Part shown: piece by piece, positions 49,583 to 61,395 of the stretch
Numbering within the stretch: the first letter of the stretch is position 1
How the letters are laid out: the number at the start of each line of letters is the position of its first letter
From: Eledone cirrhosa
Taxonomy: Eukaryota
DNA: 64,000 nt
Reading direction: 5' to 3'
Assembly: GCA_964016885.1 (NCBI GenBank)
Contig: OZ024759.1
Location: 3,968,001 to 4,032,000, forward strand
Notes under the pieces: model-generated
Databases searched by the model: none
What the model saw: only the letters and a program-made list of their open reading frames with translations
What the model was told of the DNA's origin: nothing
Position numbers and translations under genes: made by a program

Positions 49583-50339
49583 ATATATATATACTTTTAC
49601 GTGTATACATCTGAAAATGTATATATGGATGTAAACATATACGTAAACATACATGTTTACATATAGATGGACAGTTATACATATACAATAACTTATTTCT
49701 ATACATAAATATACCACAAGGCATGGTGCTGCCAACTAACCAGAGCTCCCTCATAATGGACCAGCTAGATCCCAAAATACAGGCCTGCTAGCCAACACAC
49801 AGTCCCAATAAGTGCAAACTACAGCGCAGCTATCTGGACTGACTTCTCTTAAGACTACTCATTATCCCACTACATCTTTTGTATACTATATATATACTGT
49901 TTATATATATATACACACACACATATAATTGTGTATTCACACATTATCTTAGTAATGAAATAATAATTTTAGTAAATTGTTCAAAATTCTTCATTAACCC
50001 TTTTGGTAGAAACCCAGCCAAAATAGGTTCTCCTTCTATGGAAATGGTTCCTATCTAAATTAAAGTCTTCCAACGAAATTCTATATAACAACCATATGTT
50101 AAGTTACTATGTTAGTAATTAACTAACAATTGTGATAAATAGCCCAACATTATTCATAATTAATTGAAATACAAGGTTCATAATTATAATAAAATCTTCG
50201 AATAGGCTACGAAGCCGGTAAACCTTAAAGGTACGCAACACAAACATCGTTATAGCGTTTCACCAGGCAATTCCTTCCTCAATCATTACATAGATGTGTG
50301 TATGTAATAATTATTTTGTATTGTGTGTCTATTTATGAA

Positions 50340-50765
50340 TATGTATGTGTAGATGTGTGTGTGTTGTGTGTGTGTAACCCAGTAGATGTGTGTATGTAAC
50401 ACAGTAGATGTGTGTGTATGTAACTCAGCAGATGTGTGTGTATGTAACTCAGCAGATGTGCGTGTATGTAACACAGTAGATGTGTGTGTGTGTAACACAG
50501 TATATGTATGTGTATGTAACACACTAGATGTGTGTGTATATATAACACAGTAGATGTGTATGTAACACAGTAGATGTGTGTATATGTAACACAGTTGATG
50601 TGTATATATAACACAGATGTGTATATAACACAGTAGATGTGTATATATAACACAGTAGATGTGTATATATAACACAGTAGATGTGTGTGTATGTAACACA
50701 GTAGATCTGTGTGTATATAACACAGTAGATGTGTGTATGTAACACAGTAGATGTGTATGTAACTA
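50340..50765. repeat. ~20-24-bp minisatellite (TAACACAGTAGATGTGTGTATG)
   Basis: About 19 variable units. Confidence 0.9.
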
Positions 50766-51607
50766 AAGTGTAACGTACGTTACGAATGGACAACTAAAAG
50801 ATTTTAACTTGTTTTTTAACAATTGATGGTAGAAACAAATTTAGATTGTCTCAATTCAGACCAGAAAGGGCCGCAACACACTTACCGGCTACATAGCCTC
50901 GGAGTCTATTTTACTGAGACCAGCTACATATCTTCTTCCTAAAATCTTCCAACATAATTTTATACAAGAACCACATATTAAGTTACTAATAAAATAATTA
51001 ATAATTAAAAACTTCAGTAAATCCTTCAAATGATATCTCAGTAATGAAATAATTAATAATTGTTATAAATACCTCAAAATTCCTCATTAATTAAACCCAA
51101 GACAGGTAAAAACTCCAGAGTCTTTCAATCGGACATGAAACAAATTAATTTCTAATGGAAGAAGTAAAGATTGTAAAGTCAGCCAAGGGAGATCACTCTC
51201 AGCGACTTATCGTAATTCTTGTTCCTGAATTAATCCGGATTAAAATATTCTGGTGTATTTTGTGTGGAGGAAACCGGATTTAGGCGGTGATAGCACGCAA
51301 TACATGAACGTATGGTTCGTGAGTTCGAATCCCATACCGGGTGGTCTGTACGTCGGGGCCTTGAACAAGACACTTTATTTCTCATTGTTTTATTTCACCC
51401 AGCTGGCAAAAATAATAAGTTGTAATAATTATAGTGGAAATGTTGTTACATAGAATTGTCACACTGAATCTCCCTGAGAAGAATGTCAACGGTATACGTG
51501 TCAATGAAATACTCAGACACATTATAATATAAGATGGGTTCTACATGTATTTCAAAGGGAAGCCATGCCATACGTCTTGCTGAATCTCCCTGAGAACTAC
51601 GTATATA

Positions 51608-52365
51608 CTAGTGACTATCAGACATAGTGTATCTAGGATTACATTATCTAATGTACAGTACAGTAGTTAGTATTAGTGGCTATAAGACATAGTATATCTA
51701 GGACTACATTATCTAATGTACAGTATAGAAATTAGTATTAATGGCTATCAGACATAGTGTACCTAGGACTACATTATCTAATGTACAGTATAGTGTCTAT
51801 CAGACATAGTGTATCTAGGACTACATTATCTAATGTACAGTATAGTGGCTATCAGACATAGTGTACCTCGGACTACATTATCTAATGTACAGTATAGTGG
51901 CTATCAGACATAGTGTATCTAGGACTACATTATCTAATGTACAGTATAGTGTCTATCAGACATAGTGTATCTAGGATTACATTATCTAATGTACAGTATA
52001 GTAGCTATTAGACATAGTGTACCTAGGACTACATTATCTAATGTACAGTATAGTGGCTATCAGACATAGTGTACCTAGGACTACATTATATAATGTACAG
52101 TATAGTGGCTATCAGACATAGTGTACCTAGGACTACATTGTCTAATGTACAGTATAGTGGCTATCAGACATAGTGTATCTAGGACTACATTATATAATGT
52201 ACAGTATAGTGGCTATCAGACATAGTGTACCTAGGACTACATTATCTAATGTACAGTATAGTGGCTATCAGACATAGTGTACCTAGGACTACATTATATA
52301 ATGTACAGTATAGTGGCTATCAGACATAGTGTACCTAGGACTACATTATCTAATGTACTATATAG
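51608..52365. repeat. 52-bp minisatellite following a SINE
   Basis: Unit TAGTGGCTATCAGACATAGTGTACCTAGGACTACATTATCTAATGTACAGTA, about 14 copies. Confidence 0.93.
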
Positions 52366-53009
52366 CAGTTAGTAATTGTGGCTATCATTATTATAGACTT
52401 CAAGTCGGTAGAGGGTCAGACGCTATGCTTTCCAGCATAGTTACGTACCTTTACGATCTGAGTTCAAATCCCGCCGAGGTTGACTTTGTCTTTCATCCTT
52501 AGGGGGTCGATAAAATAAAGTACCAGTAATGCACTGGGTAATTGCTGGTCTTGTGCCTAAAGTAGAAACAATTATTATAGACTTCAAGTAAATCTTTGTC
52601 AACTTACCTCATTCACATATAATCAATGTGTTCTGTTGTTAGTTGTAACTAAACAACCAAAGAAATAATCTCTTTGTTATCAAATTAAAAGTTTCAAAGA
52701 TGTTATCAGCTTTATTTCACGACATTAACGTTGGTGTATCTTCTTCATCTTTAGTCATGAATTGATATCTTGTCAGAATGAAGTAGTGAGGCTGACTTTA
52801 TGTCTTTAGCTACAGATTTGATAGGAAATATATATATATTAGGTTGATATGTGGTCTAAAATATATATATTGTCTATAAATGACTGATAGCAGATGTTCT
52901 GGTGAAATAGTAGTTTTACTACTACAGATTGTAATGGAACTCTTAGTAGACACAATTGTAAAGTAAGAATAGATATGACAGTGTAAGACTGATGTCGGGG
53001 AAATAAACT

Positions 53010-53068
<59 letters not shown>

Positions 53069-54185
53069 GTTACACAAGATATAATTAGATTAATTAAAGT
53101 TATAATTGTTTCTACTTTAGGCACAAGGCCAGCAATTACCCAGTGCATTACTGGTACTTTATTTTATCGACCCCGTAAGGATGAAAGGCAAAGTCAACCT
53201 CGGCAGGATTTGAACTCAGATCGTAAAGGGACGTAACTATGCTGGAAAGCATGGCGTCCGACCCTCTACCGATACTGCCAATTCACCGCAATGAAGGCAG
53301 CAGGTACTCGGTGTCGTTGTGCATGTTTCAACTCTCTTCCCGGTGTCATACGTTAAAAGTCCCTGATATAATTTAATACCTTCAGACACAGTTCCAATCG
53401 TTTTTAGTTTATTGTAAATCAGAAAGTATCACTCAATAAAATATCAATTATATATCAATAAGAAAACCTCTAGGTAGTCTCACTGACTGCTAGAAATAGC
53501 AGCGATATTACCCATTACAACTGCTCTCTCTCTCTCTATATATATATATACACACATATATGTACGTATGTATGTATATGTGTATATATGTGTATGAATG
53601 AGTGTGTATGTGTGTATATGTGTACATAGGGTTTTGGTATATGTACGTTTGGTGAACATATGTGTATTTACCTGTAGGTATGTGAGTGTGCGTTCTATAC
53701 GCATTTATGCGTGTATATTTATATATGTATTTATAATTATATGTATATATACACACACAAACATATATTTATATGTGTATTTGGTGCATACAATCGTATG
53801 TGTGCGGGTATATGTGTTGCGCCGGTTTACGTCCGTGCGCGCCTGTTTATGTGTACGTATATGTATATGCATGCATGCCGTGAGTTTTCGCATATGCTCA
53901 TGTATAAATGTGTGTATGTATATATTTAATTATTATTACTTTTATGATTTTAATAACATCTGTCATTTTCGTTCAACTAATTTATTTACATTATTCTGGA
54001 CTCCGAAGCCGAGCATCATTCAGTTTCCTTAATAGAATATTAGTCTACGACTCCATTTACACCATAAAGGTGGTTTTGTCTTTACGTGTAATTGTTGTCA
54101 CCGCTCCACACAACGACGTATTATCTTCTTTTTCCCGTTCATTGCCAGGGAATGTCTTCACGAATCAAAGCATAAATTATTTTCC

Positions 54186-54775
54186 CGAGCTGACGTACCC
54201 AGCATATATAAGATGATAAAAGATGATAAAAGATGATAAAACCCAGATGATAAAAGAAAAGGTCCCTATTTACTCCCTTCACAACTCTGTATGTTAGACT
54301 GACAGACAGGCACACAGACAGATAAACTGCGTGGCGATTGTGGAACGCCGCACGTATACACACATACACGCACACAAACTTACACACGCACCCGTGCACT
54401 TACACACACGCACACACTCACACATGTTGATAGTTTTTACTTTCTGTGGAACGCTGCACGCACGCACACATACATAAACATACGCGCACGTACATACACA
54501 CGCACACGTGTTAATAGTTATTGCTTTCCTTCCCCTCTTATTTCCACACACATCACACACACACACACACGTCTCTACACTGACACATATACATAGTGTA
54601 TCCAACACAGCGTTCACTTTGCCTCTCTCCGCCTCTCACTCTCTCATTGGCATTATACATATTAATTTAAGTTTGGCGTAGTTGAGGTGGGCGGAGTCGT
54701 TTGAAACCTATGAACCAATGATAATCGAGAATTATGACACATGGAATATTGACATTGTTGAAATTAATATATAGA
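54186..54775 (-). mobile_element. Short non-autonomous derivative of the adjacent Helitron
   Basis: 54260-54775 matches the Helitron 5' end (60195-60603); 54186-54203 matches its 3' end (AGCTGACGTACC). Confidence 0.8.
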
Positions 54776-57700
54776 CTAGCTGACGTACCTAGCTTCGCCC
54801 GGGTAAACAGATGATAAGAGAAGACAGGTAAAAGAGAAAATGTCTGTATTGGATGTTTGTCTGGTTACAGTGTGAGGCGAGTCCGTGTTGTCTGTGTGAT
54901 ACAAAAAAACAGTAAAAATAATCTTCCAGATATACCAGATTCTTCGTCGTGCGGTTTGTGCATAGTATATGAACAATTCTAGGTGCTCCCACCTAGAATA
55001 GTGACCTCTAGGAGGTGGTTCCTCTTCTGCCTGACTGGAAAACGTGTATCATTGCATAGACGTGGTTGTTCCACGTTTCTCAAAAGGATGATGGAAGTTC
55101 CAATCTTTTATATTATATGTAGATATAGATATAGATAATTAATAAAAAAGATGTCCGTCAATGTAAAGAAGGTCCCTATTTACTTGAAATGGTTTATACA
55201 AATGCCAAATTAATATGGATATGGATAACATGCTTATCTATAAGTGGTCAGCTATAATAATAAAACAACAAATTATATGACACAAAAATTTATTCAGTAA
55301 TTTCCAGGCTCTTAGCCACTGAGTAATAGACAGTCAATATTGCCCAGAGTTCAACTCGGGGAGGTGGCCTGGTTTGAACTCAAAATGGCGGATCCTTCTA
55401 CTTCGAAAATAGAATCGTTTTTCAATATTACTCTAGCCCTGGCCGGCCATAGGCACCAAACTTTTTGCCAGACTCAGCATATGATGAGGTTTTATTACCA
55501 CTGCAATCAGAAGCGATAAATTTGAAGGCAATTTCTACCAATACTTGTTGGTTTTTATTGCTCATTATCGACAATAAATGACATTGGACATAAATGATAA
55601 CTCTGCCAAAGCTCACAATACAGATGAAAGGAAACCAATGTCCGAATCATATACGTCGCTTATTGATAGCTTTAAAGATATGCATACATCAGCTCAAAGC
55701 TTCATTATAGACAATATTTAGGTTTGTTACTCTGTTAGTGGTATCAATTGCAAATTTTATACCATCAGGATCGCACACTCGAGATGCAGCAACATAGAGT
55801 TGCCCATGGCTGAATGCTGGATCATTCAAGTAGACACCGACTCGCTTGAAAGTCTGTCCCTGTGCCTTGTTGACAGTCATGGAGAAGGCCAAATTGACGG
55901 GAAACTGTCTCCTTTGCCAAATAAATGGCAGCAGATCTTCACTTGGTCTCAGCATGATCCTCGGAATGAGAACCGATTCCTCTCTGCCTGGGAGTTTAGC
56001 TTCTAAAACTCTTCCGTTAATCAATCTCTCAACAATCAATCTGGTACCATTGCAAAGACCCATTTTATGATTGATATTTCTAAGCAATATAATCGGCAAA
56101 CCCTTTTTCAACCTCAAAATATGTGGGGGAAATCCGGGTATTTGAAGTGAATTCAGATACTCAGTCGGAACATCCATACTGTTCTGCTGATTAGGCTCCA
56201 TTGCATACGCACTGACGGTCAACCATTCCTCTCCAGGAAACATTCCGGCTACTTGTGAATTTATTTCATCGACCGTTGTATTCGTATGAGTTAGAATAAC
56301 ATGTTCCGATATCCAGGAGATATTCTGCCAAAAAGCATTCAAATTAGGGAACACCCAGTCAATCAAGCCTTGGCGGTCCAGTGGCATGACCAAATGGTCT
56401 GGGATTCATACAGTCTGATTATCACCAACGTGTGGCAATTCATCGTTTCCCAACTGCATCAACCATCGGCCGTATGTCTCAGCCTCTTCGTTTTGCCCGA
56501 ACATAGGAAGTCGCATATTATCGTGTAATTGCAAAACTCTGAAATGGCCCCACAACGGGGACTTTTTCAGACATGCATCGACAATTTGCGCTCTTTGAGC
56601 ATTCCTAACAATTGGTAGCACCTGTCTGAAATCGCCACCAACAACGATAGTCTTACCACTGAATGGCAGGTCACTACCGCAGATATCTCTCAAAGTTCTG
56701 TCCAATGCCTCCAGCAAATATCTGTGTGCCATTGGAGCCTCGTCCCAAATAATCAGAGACGTATTGCGTATAAGGCCCGCGAGTTCACTTTGTCCTGTAA
56801 TATTACAGACACTCAACTCATCTGGAGCCAATGGAGCCTTGAAGCATGAGTGGAAGGTCCTTCCACCACTCAGCAAAGTGGCAGCGATGCCCCTGGTGGG
56901 CACAGGGAGAGCAATCTTCCTCTGAGCTCTGACTGCCGATAACATAGTGTTGAAACAGAATGTCTTTCCGGTGCCTCCTGGAACATCTATGAAAGCACAA
57001 AGTTGCTCATTAGTGGAAATCGAGTGGAGAGCGCCATCGACCAATTCTCTGTGAGATTGGGTCAACATTGGCATACGTTCATCCACAATACGTTGCTGTT
57101 CCAGTGGATCAAACTGGAATAGTTCCCTCCGATCGAGTGGCAACCGTCTAAGCTGCAATCTCATGTTCAATGCTAAGACACGTTGCCGCATTTCTTCATC
57201 AGGAATTGGCAAATTGAAATCTGTTAAACATTTCAAATGAACTTCGAGCAGTTGCTCAATATTGAGCAAAACAATAGCCTTCATCAAATGTTCATCATAG
57301 ACCTGAAGATGGTGCCTAAAATCATCAGCCATAATTCCCCAATGGCGTTCAAATAACTCTCTTGGATCGGCAGGATTGCAGAATCCTAGAATCGTGACAA
57401 ACAACTGCCATATTCGAGCTGGCATCTGTGTTGTTCCTGCAGCTTCCATGGCGTTATTCCATTCAGCGTCATCCTGAAGGAGTCCCAGATGCTGACACAC
57501 AGCCTGGTATCTTTTATATTCCACGCCATTGATTGTTTTCAAATCAGCGAAGCTCTGTTTACCTCTCGAAAAATCACTATGCAACAGAATTCGGAGATAA
57601 AACACATCACCAGATGCTGGATGGACATTACAAACCCGTCCAATAGTCATGAATCTCAACTTTTGTTTTCTATCATTCCATTTCTTTCCCTTCTTATCCC

Positions 57701-60603
57701 ACGTATAGTGCGAAGGGAAATCGCAGTAGAGTTGCTTTTGATCCGGGTTCAAAGCATGTTCCCTATTATGCTTGAACCACTCAGTCAATTCCGTCTTAGG
57801 AGGTGGTGCGTTAGCAATTCTTTCTATACCTCTTCTACTGTCCTTAAAACAGACCATTTGCCTATTCTCTAAGTGAACCGTCAGTTTCTGAACGCTGTGT
57901 TTGCGTTCATTGAGATCAAAATCGAACAATCTCCAGCAAGCTTCGCTAGATCCAATCGAGCGAACATCCTGGAACCTGCCAACTTCATCTCCTTGGTTCG
58001 CTTCCTCATTCCTGACATTCATCATTGCCCCATCATGACCTTTGTAAACATACTTGAATAGATATTTGCAAGCTTTCACTGAGCTACAAATTTCCACATT
58101 AATATGACAACGATATTTCATAATCAAATATGGATTGTATGGCACAACCCATTGATTTGTAACCTGTCGACCGTTTACATTTTCGACCAAACCGCCATCG
58201 GCAGGCGACCGTCTTCTGTATGAGGGATGAGCATCCCCATCATTCCAGGAAGTGTTCGTGACAAAAGATTTCGGAAAGTGCTTACTGCATTGGCCATTTT
58301 TCATGCAAGGCGCTTTCCGATTTGCCACTCCGCATTGGTTGTGCACCATTGACTTTGCCACCAAGTTGCATAGTGCCTCATTCTCCGGCAGTTCAGCACA
58401 CACAATGCTGTCGACATCCTCAGCACATCACAATTTGCTATGTCTATGTAAAATGATCAGCAAATGTGCATGTGGCAATCCTCTTTTTTGGAATTCAATT
58501 ACGTATGTAAAAGCAACTATACCTCCAAAGATTCCCTCTTTTTCCACATCATCCATTATCTTTTTCAGATATCCTTTGAATACTCTTGCCACAATATCAG
58601 GACGGTCCTTTGGCTGTTGTCCTGGCAAAAGTGCATCCTTAATATCAGTCCATTCAGGATTGCATGTAACAGTTATAAACAAATCTGGCTTTCCAAACTT
58701 TCTGACAATAGCCATTGCATCCTGATAGCGAATGTTCATATATCTCGGGCCGCCGATGAACGACGATGGCAAAATGATGCGTCGACCAATTTGCTTGTAA
58801 TTGGCATCATCGGCTGTTATCGCATCCTGTATATTATTATACAATTCAGCTCTGATATGTTGCTGATGTGTAGCTATATAATTTAGCCTTTGATTTTCGA
58901 TCTTTGCGTATGCCATACAACAGTATTCCTGGAACAATCTGCTGGCTTGAAATAGCGCATTTCTCTGTTGATTCCTCTCGTTCAAATGGAACGCGTAAAA
59001 GTCGCGAATCGAATTATTGTGTCTATTACCACCTCCCTGTTGATGCTGATTCTCATGATCATCTAAATGAACAGACATGTTCCATCCATTTTCACCTTTT
59101 GGGAATAAAAGAACATAATGCAATGGATGGTATGTCCTATTTGACTCATTGATAGTGTTGAGACCACCATCTCTGCGATTGAGGGCGATATCTCTCGATC
59201 CAGGCTTATCGTCCATCAACACAGCAACTTCACGAAATCCTTCGGGGGCATTATATCGCCGTTCGTGTTGATTCCTTGGCACTGCGTCAGCCTTAATCAC
59301 CAATGTTTGTTGCTGAACATTCTGCAGTTCAGCCACCAACATGAAATCCATAACATAAGGATTACACTGTCTAAGCCATGATTGCAAATCATGGATCAAA
59401 TCACTTAACCTTTGCCGTTCAAGTTCAGTTATATTTCCCGGCAACTTCATCCAACCGATCCTGATATCCTCCTCCGATTCACTATAATCTGGATTGTTAA
59501 CGTAAATTTGAGCGAATCAAGGCCTCTCTCCTGGGGTAACTTCTAAATTATCGATACAATGATACAAACGGCATTGAATGACGACATTCGGTTGCCATGC
59601 TCCACTCTCAAACATCTCACTAACTCTCTGCGATGCTAAAGCTAATAAATTGTTAATTTGCCGCGAATATTTGCGCAGTAATCTACCTCGGTCTCATTGA
59701 TCACCCCACATACTTAGTATTTTAAACTCCGGTGACTCCCCATCATCCGGCATTCGCAAAGGTTCTAGTTGAACTGCTCCTTTGTGACAGCACATTGTGG
59801 TCCACGTCTTTTCGTGCCACCAAAGCAATGCTCCACAATGTGGAGACCCTGGTCGTCCACCAATCTGACAGTGACACGGTTGCCATGATCCATTTTTAAT
59901 ATCATTCGTTCGCCTCTTTACTGGAATGAGGAGCACTTTGCGACACATTCCCTGAACTTCTGTATTCAGCCAGCTCCTCTTCATCCACCGGAGCACGCCA
60001 TTGCTGCTGAATTCTGGCCACCTGCTGATGATGCTCAGCCAGTTCGTTTTTCAACCATCGCAGCACTCCGTCGCCGCTGTAGTTCACTGTTTGATAAAGT
60101 CGAATTGCTTTTCTTATCAGTATTCATTTGGAGCAATTGTAAAAAAAAATGACACAATAATAAATATAAAAGATGTCCGTCAATGTAAAGAAATGTCCCT
60201 ATTTACTCCCTTCACAACTCTGTGTATGACAGACAGGCACACAGACAGATAAACTGCGCGGCGATTGTGGAACGTCACACGCATACACGCATGGAAACGC
60301 GCACACGCACACAAACTTACACACGCACACACTCACACATGTTGATAGTTTTTACTTTCTGTGGAACACTGCACGCACGCACACACACATAAACATACGC
60401 GCACATACATACACACGCATACATGTTAATAGTTATTGAACACAGTGTTCACACTCTCCCCTCTCACTCCCTCATTGGCATTATGCATATTAATTTCAGT
60501 TTGGCGTCGTTGGGGTGGGCGGAGTCCTTTGAAACCTATGAACCAATGATAATCGAGAATTGTGACACACGGAATACTGACGTTCTTCAAATTAATAAAT
60601 AGA
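54776..60603 (-). mobile_element. Full-length Helitron (Rep/Helicase), disrupted
   Basis: 5' A|TC at 60603; 3' hairpin ACCCGGGCGAAGCTAGGTA followed by CTAG at 54779-54776. Confidence 0.92.
55689..60087 (-). pseudogene. Helitron RepHel: Zn finger, HUH-Y2 Rep, PIF1-like SF1 helicase; frameshifts and stops
   Basis: PHCGALLW...CC; PDLFITVTCNPEW; YVIEFQKRGLPHAHLLI; KYLFKYVYKG; PGGTGKT; IIWDEAPM; GGDFRQVLP; RQFPV...TVNKAQGQT; HGQLYVAASRV; breaks near 59695, 59517, 58425 and 56400. Confidence 0.95.
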
Positions 60604-60789
60604 TATATATATATCATCATCATCATCATCATCATCATTTTACGTCCGCTTTTCTCTGCTTGCAAGCCATGTGCCTCTTCCTATATATACATATATACTA
60701 TATACATATACACACATATACATATATATATATGTATATATATATATGTATATATATATACGTAATTAATACATGCATACATTTATTTT

Positions 60790-61358
60790 TTTAAAATTAA
60801 TTGAGTTCTTAACACGCAGGATTAAAATTGTTTTTAAAAAAACTAATTAACCCACGTGTATATTATTTTACTTTCTTGTGTTTCGCGATTGCCTCCCTTT
60901 TCCGCTTCGTGACGCTGTGAAATTCCTCAGTCTAGGACTGCTGGAATTTCAAATTTGGCGGTCATTATGATGCGTGAAGGGACGACTTAGCTGACACGAA
61001 AAATAACTGCAGTAAGAAATGTTTTCTTATATCAATGTTTGAAGGGCATCCACTGATGATTTATAAGTGCCCACCTGCATATGTTCTTACAGAAAAATAT
61101 GTAGGCTTCTACATAAACCGGAAACATTCTCCCAACTTGTAGAAAACTTATAATGAAACAATTGTTTGGAAAGAGAGATATATTTTAATTTTAATTATAT
61201 CTCATATAAAATAATACAACTGGCTTTCCACAAAATACATATAGTTAGCACCCCAAACACAAAATTGGGATTATACTAAGGTATATCCTAATGTTTGTTG
61301 AGTGAGATGGTAGTCAGTCAGAGTTTAGCTTAAAGCTTTCTCTGTTATTGTATTAAAT
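60790..61358 (+). mobile_element. pLTR-type repeat, same family as 4015-4575
   Basis: Shared blocks GGACTGCTGGA, GGGCATCCACTGATGA, TAGTTAGCACCCCAAACAC, AATGTTTGTTGAGTGAGATGGT. Confidence 0.65.
61049..61170 (+). ncRNA. Type I hammerhead ribozyme motif with extended (95-nt) stem II
   Basis: TCCA-CTGATGA-t ttataag...cttataa t-GAAA-CAATTG-TT-TGGA. Confidence 0.68.
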
Positions 61359-61395
61359 ATATGTATATATATATATATATATGTATCTATATATA

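Noticed and set aside
50286-50793. His/Thr/Tyr-rich ORFs (also 53480-54617)
   Set aside because: Translations of minisatellite and (CA/TA)n low-complexity sequence.
54260-60603. Long direct repeats around RepHel read as LTRs
   Set aside because: They are two Helitron 5' ends, explained by the CTAG|TC junction; no TG..CA, PBS or TSD.
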